A DNA stretch of 64,000 nucleotides from the human T2T-CHM13v2.0 reference genome, Homo sapiens. This document shows positions 13,746-25,130 of this stretch, piece after piece (the first letter of the stretch is position 1; the number at the start of each line of letters is the position of its first letter). The stretch is from NCBI RefSeq assembly GCF_009914755.1, contig NC_060926.1; one strand, 5' to 3'. The notes below the pieces were generated by a model. It was given only the letters and a program-made list of their open reading frames with translations, was not told the DNA's origin and ran no database searches. Made by a program: the position numbers and the translations under genes.

Positions 13746-15880
13746 AAACCAAGGCCTCAGTTAATTTAGAGATTTGCCAAAGGTTATCCTAGAATTTGGA
13801 AATGGTGCTTATCTGGTACTGAAGGCCCTGATCTTACACTAAGATCATGGCTCTGCTCCTATGCTTCCTTCTCTTTCTTAAAAATTCCACACATCAAAAT
13901 GGTATATACTTCACGGTAAAGTTGCTTTTCTCCCTCAGCTGCAATAAATAAACCAACTCCAACCCAGGACTGGGAAAAGACCACATGGGAAACCTGGAGA
14001 GTTAGAGTTTATATGACCAGTGTGAGATGCAGGAGCATCCACTCTTGATCTGAGTCCTGTGAAAGTTAACCAGAAGATGTTTGCCAGTGAATTGGTTCAA
14101 AGAGACTCTGTTCCACTCCTGTGAAACCAGGGGATGCAGCAGGGATGCCATGACAATACACATTTCCATCTTTGTTCTCCGGCCTCTTCTCAGCCCTGAG
14201 GGCCTGTATAATGAGACCTTGACTCGCCTGGACTGGATCGAATTTTTAAGTATTATATTGTTCAGTGACTATTTGGATTTTAATGCCATCATGCCCTGGG
14301 TGGCCTCGCCTGACAATCTGGAAGCCTGAGGGAAGTAAGTCTCTTTGTATTATGCATGCTTTGAGGGTCCCACTGTCAGGGAGCCCCTGCTCCAGATAAC
14401 GAATGGGCAGATATAAGTCTCTGCAGGGAAGCAAAATTTTATATCCCAAGGTTTAGGTCAGGCTGTTCACAGTGAGTATCTTGCTGCAGAACACTCATTC
14501 AGTTTCATTTAGCTATTTCCCCCGTGTGTGTATTTTCCTGGTCTCACAAAGAATATTTCTCATTCCAGAAGTTTCCACACTCAAAGAACATTTGGCTTTT
14601 GTGCGCTTCTTGTCTGTTTATCTTTGTGCTTTCTTGTGGAATGTATTATGCTCTAATATATGTGAGGTGATGTCTAAGACAAGTCCTTAGAATTCACCTG
14701 GCATTTATCATTAGGATATTTTCATGGGGCCTTTATAAAACTCTTTGCTCACGTGGCTTTGAAAATATCACAATGGCTGTTTCTCTATGTTACTCTCTGA
14801 TAGCAATCTGCGAATCTTACTCTCTGGCTGCATCTACACTGATGATATTATCTAATTCTCTGGTGAATTTAGTGATTTTCACAGGATTAGACTTTATCTT
14901 TAGGTTTCTAGAAGAGAATTAAATTACTCATTGGGCAATCAATTAGTTTAAAAAGGAAAAACTAATTAGGGGCAGGATTTTGCAGACATTTCCCCCTCAA
15001 ATAAAATGTTGGAGGGCAAAGGTCTCTAATAATAATAAAAAAAAGGATTGTTCATTAAGACTGTAATGATCTGCATATGTTTACTAAATAGTTTCTTTTC
15101 ATAAGCAATAGTAACAGCTAACATTTGAACACTTCTTTGTGTAGGAAATAAATTGTTGGGGCTTTAGTCTCTGAATCAAAATGTAGAGAACTAAGTAAAT
15201 GAGTGTATAGTCATAGATATTATACTAGATTCTCATTGATTTTTTTTTCTCTCTAGGTCTGATTTTTTTTCCACTGGGAAATTATTTTCATCAACTTCTC
15301 TCCTCATTAGAATGAAAATAACCAATATTTTACATGAGCTTCTGGTCATAGTCCAGGGGTTGTCAGAAGACTCAAGCTAGGTGTATCACAGTCCCTTACT
15401 TAGTAAATTTGGAATTGAGATCAAGAGATTCACTCTATTTCTTGCAATGTGTAAGCTAGGTGTCTGTTGGCCACCTTATTTTTTACTCATATGGCTGTCT
15501 GAAGGAGAGAGAACTATAGAGCTAGAAATGAATAAAGTCTATGTGTAAAGGGGGCAGAGAGGAGAGGTGGCAGGCTTTTCTGATGGTATCAGAGGCCCAG
15601 TTTTTGGGACCTCATAGTAATTCTATTATGTTTTTTGTTATTTAATCATGAATGAGTTTCTGTTGATAACCAAAAAGTTCAAAGCAACATAAGGACAGAT
15701 GTTTAAAGTGCATTGATACTATCAATACTGTGTAAGATAACCCAAGTCCAAAACTGATTTTAAATCCTACTTGAATTAGTTTTGAAAAACTGTGGAGTAG
15801 GTGGTCTTGCTCAATTAAATGAGAAAAAAAAGATATATAAATATACTTTCTATTTATTCAACTTTTTATTTTGTGGATCG

Positions 15881-16145
15881 TCCATTCAACAACTTTCACT
15901 GAGCACCCGTTATCCGCAAACCAATGCAAAAAGTAACAAAAACAAAGATAATGTGTACTTACACACTCCCTGTCCTTGAGGATCCTGTAATCTAGTTGAG
16001 GGAAAATATATAGAGGAAACATTCCTAAGTATTCTACCAAAGCAACAACTGTATAAATACAAATTAAACAGAGCAAAGTAATTGCAAAAATGCTGAGGGG
16101 TGACAGAGTAATGAGCAGGTTCAAGGAAGTGATATCTAAGGTCTG
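15881..16145 (-). mobile_element. L2 3' end fragment
   Basis: cattcaacaactttcactgagcacc...ccctgtccttgaggatcctgtaatctagttg. Confidence 0.65.
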
Positions 16146-16846
16146 TTTCAGCTACAAAATGTCATGAGGCTGTACAGGATTGATAATTGGATAAGGCAGC
16201 ACTTAGCAGTAACCCTCAGCCTTAGGGAGCTTCAAGAAATCAGGCCAAAAACAACAAGGATTTGAATGAAGCTTGAATGTTGGGAATGCATGCTGTTCTG
16301 GACGATAGCAGAAGATTTCGTATATGATAACAGTAAGGGGACTCCTGATAGATATTTGGAATCTACCTCAAAGGGACGATGAGACAACAAGTTCTCCTCC
16401 AGGAAGCTTTTGGCCAGGAGAGAAAGGGAAAGCCATCTTTGCCAGCCTATCTATGGCTGCTTACCAGGTTGACCAAGAGAGGGCAGGTTGGCTGGTCTTC
16501 TAGATTATTTCAATTTGAGTTTCAAGTCAGGATATGTATATATTTTAATTATCTCCTTTTCTGTTATCCATTTAGATTATTTCCTCTGAAGATCCTTGTT
16601 TTAAATACATTCTATAGAGGGAGAGTCCTTGGCATCATGTATTAAGAGAGTTTGACATGATGTGGTATGGCAGTGTAATAACAGCTACGTTTCTGGAATT
16701 AATAGACTCATTTATAATGAGATAGTTATTTACTGTTTCTTCTTCCTAAACTGTAAGTTCCTTGACCACAAGGAATATAGTCATTAAAAACAAATCTTGT
16801 TCTCCCTTGTTCTTAGAACAATATATGACACCTAAGAGCAATCAAC

Positions 16847-17100
16847 AGAGGCAGGATAGCTGAGTAGTTAAGAGTCTGGGCTCTGAAGTCAGAGATTTGG
16901 TTTCAAGTATTGATTCTATAAAATTGGATGTGGAACATTGGGCAGGTGACCATCGCTCAGTCTTCCTAGCTGTAAGATAGGGTAATAGTAGCAAGCACCC
17001 TATATAGTCATTATGAGGAGTCAATGTGATAAAGTAAAGCACCTAGAATAGTATGCATAGAGAGCATAGCAAGCTCTCAGTGAAGGGTAACTTTCTATTC
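16847..17100 (+). mobile_element. MIR, near full length (preceded by an L2 3' end at ~16730-16845)
   Basis: gagtagttaagagtctgggctctgaagtcaga...ctgtaagatagggtaatagta...aaagcacctagaatagt. Confidence 0.8.
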
Positions 17101-17888
17101 TCTATATTAATATCTGCTGTTGAAAAAAATAGATTACCAGATGAATGGTTTGAAAGCATTCTGTGATAAAGTGGTCTCAATAAATATTTTGGCCCCTGAA
17201 AATAATGAAATAATTAGAAATTTTTAACAAGTCTCACTATAATTAAAGGCTGTAAGATTGGTTTTATCCTCTATCCCAGAGAGTTACATTTTCACCTATA
17301 TTATTAGAAAAGACGAGAACAGGCCTCCACATTTTTAATTCACATAGATTTGTGGGTAGCTGGGAACACTGCCGTGCCTGAAGGCATATAGGTTACAATG
17401 TGGAGATGGATCTTACTGCTGCTAGAAGTATCTCTGAAGCATAGAGATATCCTTTGCTCTCCTCTGCATATAGTCAGTGACAAGCAGATTTGCAGATGCA
17501 AGATGGTATTGGCAGAGGCTGAGCTGTCATCCAAACCATGTCTTTTGTCATTTAAACTCTCATTCATTTTGAGGGAGAGGGAGGAAGAACTGCCTTTTGC
17601 GCTAAAGCTGTAATGCCAAGGCATTGCATGAGCCAGAGCTCAGTGGATCTTATCACTAAACTTCCTTAGGTTTTGAAACACAAAATGGGGACTTCCTTTA
17701 ACAGTGAAACGCTTTTCTTACAGCTTCATTTGTAGCAGCAATGAACTAAGATTAAATTCCCTATTTGAAGCCAAGAAAAGATAATTTGCCAAAAGAGAAC
17801 GTCAGAACAGCCATTCAGCTGCAGCTAGTCAAACTCAACAGAGTAATGAAGAGGGGAAAAAAAGGAAACCTGAAGGAGGCTTGGTTAA

Positions 17889-18368
17889 TGTATTAGTTTT
17901 CTAGGGCTGTCATAATGAAGTAGCACAAACTGGGTGTTTAAAACACCAGAAACTTACTGTCTCCCAGTTTTAGAAGCAAGAAGCCCCCAATCAAGATACT
18001 AGCAGGGCCATACTCCCTCTAAAATCTGTAGGGGAAATTCTCCCTTGCTTCTTCCTAGCTTCTGGGGGTTTACCAGCAATCTTTGGCATTCCCCGGCTTG
18101 TGGGTACCTCACTCCAATCTTCCATTTTCACATGGTTTTCTCCCTGTGTGTCTTCCTGTTATCTTCCTCTGTGTTTGTCTCTGTGTTTAACTTTCCCCTT
18201 TTTACAAAGACACCAGTTATATTGGATTAGGACCCATCCTAATGACCTCATAATAACTGGTTACCTCTATAAAGACCCTATTTCCAAGTAAAGTCACATT
18301 CTGAGGTACTGGGGGTTATGGCTTCAAGATACTTTTCTTTGAGAGGGTGCACAATTCAACCCATAACA
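17889..18368 (-). mobile_element. MaLR solo LTR (MLT1C-like), complete
   Basis: TG...CA termini with a perfect 5-bp TSD GTTAA (17884-17888 / 18369-18373). Confidence 0.95.
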
Positions 18369-18719
18369 GTTAAGACAAAGCGTAAGTTTTTGCTTATTGA
18401 GAAGGGGTCATGCTTACTGCATTAAGCATAACACTTAAGCTCAGGGATATTTCCTTCCAGTTAAATGTTGAGGAATGACCAACGATGAAAGGAGTCAGCT
18501 TGAACTCTGGGATACTGGGATGTGAAGGAAAGAAACTACTCTTGAATGGTCCTCATTGAAGAGACACAAATGTTTGGTTTAACGGCAGGCAGGATGAGTC
18601 ATATTTCTATTAAGTGAGTTAGCCTGTCTCTGCACCTTAATGCCCAAGCATGGGGGCAATCTAGATACCGTCCTAGCTGCTGTGACCACACAGCCCACCT
18701 TACAGAACCAGGCTGCACA

Positions 18720-19475
18720 TGTAAATCACCTAATGGATTCTTTCTGCCTGTTTCAATGATGAAAGGTAAATGAAGAAAGAGTCTGATTAATGCAAGGCAG
18801 GTCACATGGTAAACAGAGTTTTAACTCAAATCAGTCTCCCTGAAGGCTTGGAGATGAGAGTTTTTATGGACAATTTGGTGGGCAGGGTGCCAGAGAAGGG
18901 GTGCTGCTGATTGGGTGGGGAATGAAGTCATAAGGGTGTGGAAAACGTTTCTCATACACTGAGTCTGCCTCTGGGTGGGGGCCCAGGACCAGTTGGGTCA
19001 TGAGTCATGAGTCTGGGTAGGGTCAGTTTGAAAAAAATCTCATAAAAAGTTAATCTTAGTTTCTACAATAGTGATGTTTTCTATAGGAGCAATTGGGGAA
19101 GCCACAGATCTTGTGACCTCTGGCCATATGACCACTGAGCAGTAAAGGGTTACAGAAACTTTGCCTACATTTTAGCAGAACTCAGGCTCTTCCCAAAATC
19201 CTCATCTTGTGGCCTTTCATTAGTCTTACCAAGTCAGTTTCAAAGTCAATTTCAGCCCTCCAACAGTGGCGGGGGTTGGAATGGGGAATAGAGTTAGTTT
19301 TAAGGAGGGACTACTATCATCCTTGCTTCAAAGTTAAAGTATAAGCTAAATTCCTCCCTTGGTTAGCTTGGTCTATGCCCAGGAATGAGCAAAGGCAGCT
19401 CAGAGGTCAGAAGCAAGATGGAGTCCACTGTGTCAGATTTACTCTCACTGTCATAATTTTGTAAAGGCAGTATCA
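18720..19475 (-). mobile_element. ERV1 solo LTR (LTR8A/LTR8B-like)
   Basis: Minus strand begins tgatactgcctttacaaaattatgacagtgagag...gactccatcttgcttct, as in LTR8-family 5' ends; TG...CA termini. Confidence 0.88.
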
Positions 19476-19639
19476 TGTGGAGCTGCTGAGCATCTCAGTG
19501 GGGCAGCTGTGCCCTCCTGGGCCCTGTGCCAGGACTCCCCACCACTTCATATTTTAGTCTTTTTCATGGGAATGTATGGGATAGTACATGTGAGAATCTT
19601 ATGGGGTTATTCTGAGGGTTACCCTATATGCAAATATAC

Positions 19640-19745
19640 AAATATACTAATCTTGTAAAGTGGTTGTAAGAATTCCATGACTTATTTCATGTAAAGCTGA
19701 AAGCTGTTAGTATAGCATCTGCCAAATAGAAATGCTCAACATTTG
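19640..19745 (+). mobile_element. MIR 3' fragment
   Basis: gtggttgtaagaatt...catgtaaagc...tagaaatgctcaac. Confidence 0.55.
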
Positions 19746-22063
19746 AGGGTAAATTTTTTTAAATATGATCACTATGAAAGTAATCAAACTGGATTGAATT
19801 CTTTTAAATCAAATAATATTTTAGTCAAAACATAGGAAAAGTAATCAAAATAAGGGCATTTAAGAATGGCTATACAGAGTAGCCTAAGGGGCCTTATATT
19901 TGAAATGTATTCTAATGTTTTAAAACCTATAAACCATTGCATAACTATTTCTTATTACCTGTGCTGTAAATATGAAAACTTGCAAAATCAGTGTAGGAAG
20001 ATGATTTAAGGAAGCAGTCGTTGATCAATATACACTGAATTTTAAACCCATTAAGCACAGTAGATTTAATGAGGAGGAAAATAGAGCTTCCCATTTAATA
20101 GAAAAGTGTGGAAAAGTGGAAGTTTTTCAGAGACAACCATTAAAATAATAATGATTTATTCTTAGCCACAACACTAAATGTATTATCATATCATGCTGTC
20201 TGTATTTCAGTTAATTAAAGCTTTATGGATTATGGTTTCTTGTTTATTTCTAGATGTCAAATGTTAAATCTGTATCACTATTTAGAGAAAAATGCAACTT
20301 TTTGATATTCAAGCTAGTTCATATATATGTAAAATTCTGACATCACTCCTATAGATTTATTTAAAAATGTCAGTAATACAGGAAATGAGAAATGAAGACA
20401 GAAAAAGGAGAGAAGCAAAGACAAATAAAGGGAATGGGCCTGGGGAAATTTTCTCATTTTAAATGCTCTACATTTCCTGCCCCGGGGGAATGTGCTTTTA
20501 TCTCTGCAGTTCTATGTTTTCTGTAATTTGACTTATCATTTTTTCAGTAGATTATAAAGCATTGTTTCCTTTGTCTACAGTGTTGAGGCTGTTGCCCTTA
20601 CCCCCACCCTAGGAATTCTGCCCATAAATCACTGCTTACAGTCACTTTCTCAGACTGAGTCTAACTTCCCTTCTATCTATATTTGCCTGACCTTTCTATC
20701 AGAGGATGGAAACTTTTCAGTAACAATTTCTTGTGCTCTACAAAGAACCAAGTTGAGATAAAATTTTAACTTCTCAGGGCACAACTTAAAAAAGGGTTCT
20801 TTTATCTCTCTAAGTAATTTAAATGCAGCTAGTCAACATATGTGTGCTTGGCAATGGCAGGACTAGTTGGGCTATGTGCTGAGGGATGTCGGAAAGTGAT
20901 GTTAACATGGAGACCCTTGGTAGTAAAAGTCCATGAAGTCAAACCACTATCCTTTGTCTTTGTGCCTGCTCCTAGAATTCCTGTCTTAACTCTACTTCCC
21001 ATTATTTTTCCTCATGTTTACTTTAAATTCCAGTCAACACAGCAGACTGCAATTCTTTTTTTTATGCCCTGGTTCATGGCGTTGACTGTTAAAATGAAAA
21101 CCTAGCATCCTGCTCCTGGAGGCTCCACACAATGCACTTTTCCACCTTTCCAATTTCCTGTGTCTCTCACAATGGGCTTCTTAAGCTTAAACGTATATCC
21201 TGTTAGCTTTGAATTTGAAGGGTGCACCTTCAGTTTTGGGCATAGCTAAGGACCAGTGTCTTTGTGAGAGGAGAGATACTTGACAGGGCCAGGAACAGTA
21301 GAGCAGAGGACTACATTAGAAAGTAACTAAATCAGTTACACAGTTTTATTTCTGCCTCCCACTAACTCTGTTTTCCTTTTTTTTTTTTTTTTTCTTTTTT
21401 TCTTCCTGAGGCAGCTCCTGCCTCTGAGTGAACACTTAGTCAGTCCCTTGACTTTTCTGGTCACTCTTAGTAGCAAAATGTCTTATGAACAAGACATAAA
21501 ACACAGCCTGGGATAAGTATATATAATGTCCAGTCATATATAATTAATACTCTCAACGACTGTAAGTTGAGGCATCTTGTCTTTCTCTCCAGTTTGGTTC
21601 TGTTTCAAGTGGAAAGTCTATGGTTGGGGAAGGGTGGTATGTTTAGCTACCTTTTGAAAATGAGTAGTTCTAGTCTTTCCACTGCCCCATATTCCCACAG
21701 AGTTTGAAATTGGGTAAAGGTGAGAAATAATAGAGAATAATGCTTTTACTAGTACATACTTACTTCTGTGAAGGGCGCCAGTGTATTCTGGACTTGGCAG
21801 ATGTCTAGACTCTGATTCCCATAGTTCCTTTCTAAAGTCTCTTTGGAAATCCCCTCCCTATTTCCTCAGGCATTTGGCTGCGGCTCCAAAATGTTTCTGT
21901 TATACTCTTAACCCTACATTCTTTCATAGTTTTCTTCCTTTTATTTACACATTATATAAACGGAATTAGAAAAAAAAATGTTCAACATAAATGATAGGAA
22001 AATAACTCAGCTCTTGGGCACAATACAGAAAGTGTCTCAGTACATTTAATTGTCTTGAATTCT

Positions 22064-22480
22064 TGTTACTGTACCTCTAGGGTCTATGTCCTGCTGCTCA
22101 CTACCCAGCATGCCAATCATGGAGTCAATGAGTATCACCAGGGAAGAAGGCTTTAATTGGGTGCTGTAGCCAAGGAGAATGAGAGGTCAGTCTCAAATCT
22201 GTCTCCCTGAGTGACCAAAACTGGGGTGTTTATATACTGGGGAAAGCAGGAAAACAGGAATTAGGAAGGAGTCAGAAAGCAATCATGATAAATGAGGGGT
22301 CTGGCATCTCTTTGGATGTGGTGATCTAGTGAGTTTCAGTCCCTTGCCTGAGCGTTGGTTTCCTGAGGAAGAAACTCAGTTAAGACAAATATAAGTGTCA
22401 AGTTTTAATATGGAGGGTCAATTTTTATGTTTATTAAAAACCTGGAAATATTATTTCTATGGGACAATTGGCTGGTTTCA
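22064..22480 (-). mobile_element. ERV1 solo LTR (MER39/MER39B-like)
   Basis: Minus strand begins tgaaaccagccaattgtcccatagaaa; TG...CA termini with a perfect 4-bp TSD TTCT (22060-22063 / 22481-22484). Confidence 0.85.
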
Positions 22481-22709
22481 TTCTCATAAAAACAGTGTCA
22501 TTGCCCTAAAGCCTGGACTCAAGTATATGAAGAGTAAACACTGGATCAAAAGTGACCATTAAGATGCTTTTGATTCTATTGCAAGTTAATGTGGATTAAA
22601 GCACAGTCAGTCCAGTTAGTTGTGCCACTTAAAGCAGTTGAAAACTTTAAGTATAATAACAAAAAATTAGCCAATGTTCATGTGAAAATAGTCTCAGTAA
22701 GATTAGTGA

Positions 22710-22870
22710 TAAACAGCCTGTGAGTTAGACATCATAATTTCATTTGATAGACTATGAAACTGAAGCTCAGAGAGATTAATGACTTGGATGAATTCAACAA
22801 GCAATAGTGAGGGGCAGAATTACAATTCAGATCCAGATCCTTCAGACTCCAAATTACATATTATTTATAC
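22710..22870 (-). mobile_element. MIR
   Basis: gaaactgaagctcagagagattaatgacttgg. Confidence 0.75.
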
Positions 22871-23659
22871 TACATTCTGCAATGTCCTAGAATACACCAA
22901 AATAATAGAAACTTTTAAGATGGCAAAGCTGGTCAATAATTTCAAGTATTCAGAGAGGTAAAGATGCAGGGGAAGGAAGGTTAAGAAAATGCCTTTGCAG
23001 AGTGGGATGGTGTGGTTGTGACCATCTGAAGACCAATCAATTCAGTCCATCTGGCTAAGTAGGCAGGTGGTAGCTTCCTCCCTTCACACCCTCTCTGACT
23101 GTCCTAAAAGTAGAGAAGGACCATTCTTTCGTCAAAGGCGTGGGATTCCTGCATAGTCCTCCAATAAGCTCTCATAACTTTCTGTGGAATAAGCTAAGGA
23201 ACAGGGTGTTTGATGTGGCATTGTCAGTGGGAAACTCCAAGACAGCAATTACAATACAGTGTTGAGTACAGAAGGAAGAAAATGTAGCAAGTAAGGACTT
23301 TCCTTTAGAAAGTTTTCCAAATAAAATGAAAGGGGGAGAAGTGTTCAAAGGGAGACGTGCGTCTCAAAATAAATCTTTTTGAATTTTAATTTCAGATTTT
23401 GCAAGACCTGGATATATTCATAGGCAGGGGAAGGAGAATCCTAAGGAGAGAGAGAGAGATGGATTTTGCAAGGAAGAAAAACTATAACATACATTTATCA
23501 TAGCTTAAAGGATACTGTGTACATATGACAGGGCTGGCCGTGAAAATAAAAAGATACTGTTTTTTTTTTTTTTTTTTTTTTTTGGTCAGGGTAAAAAGAA
23601 AGTGACAGAAAGAGAGTCACATGAAGAAGTTAAACATTTTTTAAAATTTCTGTATAATT

Positions 23660-23779
23660 AGAGTGATTGTAAAGTTTATCATTTAAATCAGATCACTTTG
23701 AAGGGGAAAGGGACATCATCTGGGGGGATGTGGAAGAGCAGGCATAAGCCAAGGCTAACAGCGATGTGTGGTCACCCTC
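23660..23779. mobile_element. MER94-like (hAT-Blackjack) DNA transposon
   Basis: Termini tagagtga ... ggtcaccct; internal actttgaaggggaaaggg. Confidence 0.6.
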
Positions 23780-23974
23780 CAGTGGCTTCAACCTTCTTAT
23801 TAAAATTAAGTTAAGGCTGTCTCCCCTACTCTTTGTTTTCCAAACATCTCTTACTCTATGAGGTATACCTCATACCTATGTAGTACTTTTTCTTCTATTT
23901 ATTTGCTTAAAAATACTTATTAATAACTTTTAATAACCACACCATATTCACTACACTCTGATGTATGATGGAGC

Positions 23975-24910
23975 AGCCAGCAATTTTTTTGATAACACAC
24001 TCTATCAGATTTTTTGAACATATATTCTTAATAGAAATATTTATTTTTTATGAATTTCATATGTATCTCATTGAATTATTATATTATGTCCATTTTATTC
24101 CAAAAGAGAAAAGTTTCAAAATGGAACAAAGATGAAATATATAATATTTTAAAGGTTTATATTTGTTGATGACCAATCATTTTGTTCTGCATAAAATACT
24201 AAACTTACTAGTACTAAACTTTATTAGTATTAAATTTATTCCAAATATTTTATTGTCTTTGAAATTATTTGTTTAAAATTTGAAACAGTGATTCATGGAT
24301 TGGCTTCTAAGTGGATATACTTGGTTTCAATAATATTCATTACTGAAAAAAAAAACCTCCAAAAGCACAGTGCATGCAAATATGTTACATAGGCAAAGGC
24401 AATGTTTAAATAATGAATATCAACCCATACCTCAAATAGGCTTGATAATTAAAAGAATTTTTTTGCCTGACTTTGAGTCAGAGTCTATTGTGTCATCATC
24501 GTTTCTCTGTTTTTGTGGCTGACAAAGAGATCACACTCACACGCTTACATGTGTGTACATCATTAGTGTTTACATCAATCTCTTGCTTCTTTAGGGGGAT
24601 ATTTTAGAGCCATTAGTCTGTTCTCTGAGGTATGTTAGCTAAAAACTCAATATAAGAGATTTTACTTGGCCACATAAACTACAGCACATCATAATACAAT
24701 AAAAGCTGACCAATGAATGAGGAGGATGCTGTCATCCTTCTGTCAACCCCTTTTAATTCAGCATATTTTGTGAACCAGATGTGGTATGTCACTACCTGCA
24801 TTGGATTAAAATGATCTTACCAAAAAGCGTAGGTCAAAAATAATCTAAATAGGAATTTTAATGTTTTCTTTCTGCACCCCAGAGTGTTGTCTTGCTCATG
24901 CTTAGGAGTG
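23975..24910 (-). mobile_element. hAT-Charlie DNA transposon remnant (Charlie4-like)
   Basis: AT-rich body ending aatgttttctttctgcaccccagagtgttgtcttgc, resembling a Charlie terminus; left boundary uncertain. Confidence 0.45.
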
Positions 24911-25130
24911 CAGGCATAGGCTTTGATATCACATAGACCTTGATTCAAATTTTACCTCCAATGTTTAGAAACTGTGTGGTCTCCCTTACAAGTTGCTTCC
25001 TATCTCTGAAACTCATCTCTTCATTGTAAAATGATGATAATAATACTTGACTCGTTTTTTTTTTTTTACTTTTGAAAATCAGCTAAAACAATGGCCATGA
25101 ACAAAAAATCCACCAAAGAGCCAAGAACGC
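24911..25130 (+). mobile_element. MIR
   Basis: gaccttgattcaaat...ctctgaaactcatctcttcattgtaaaatgatgataataatac. Confidence 0.7.

Noticed and set aside
14081-14329. 82-aa ORF in a repeat-free block
   Set aside because: Non-ATG start, no homology that I recognise, no convincing splice signals
23352-23365. Inverted repeat gagacg-tg-cgtctc
   Set aside because: Six-base arms occur many times by chance in 64 kb
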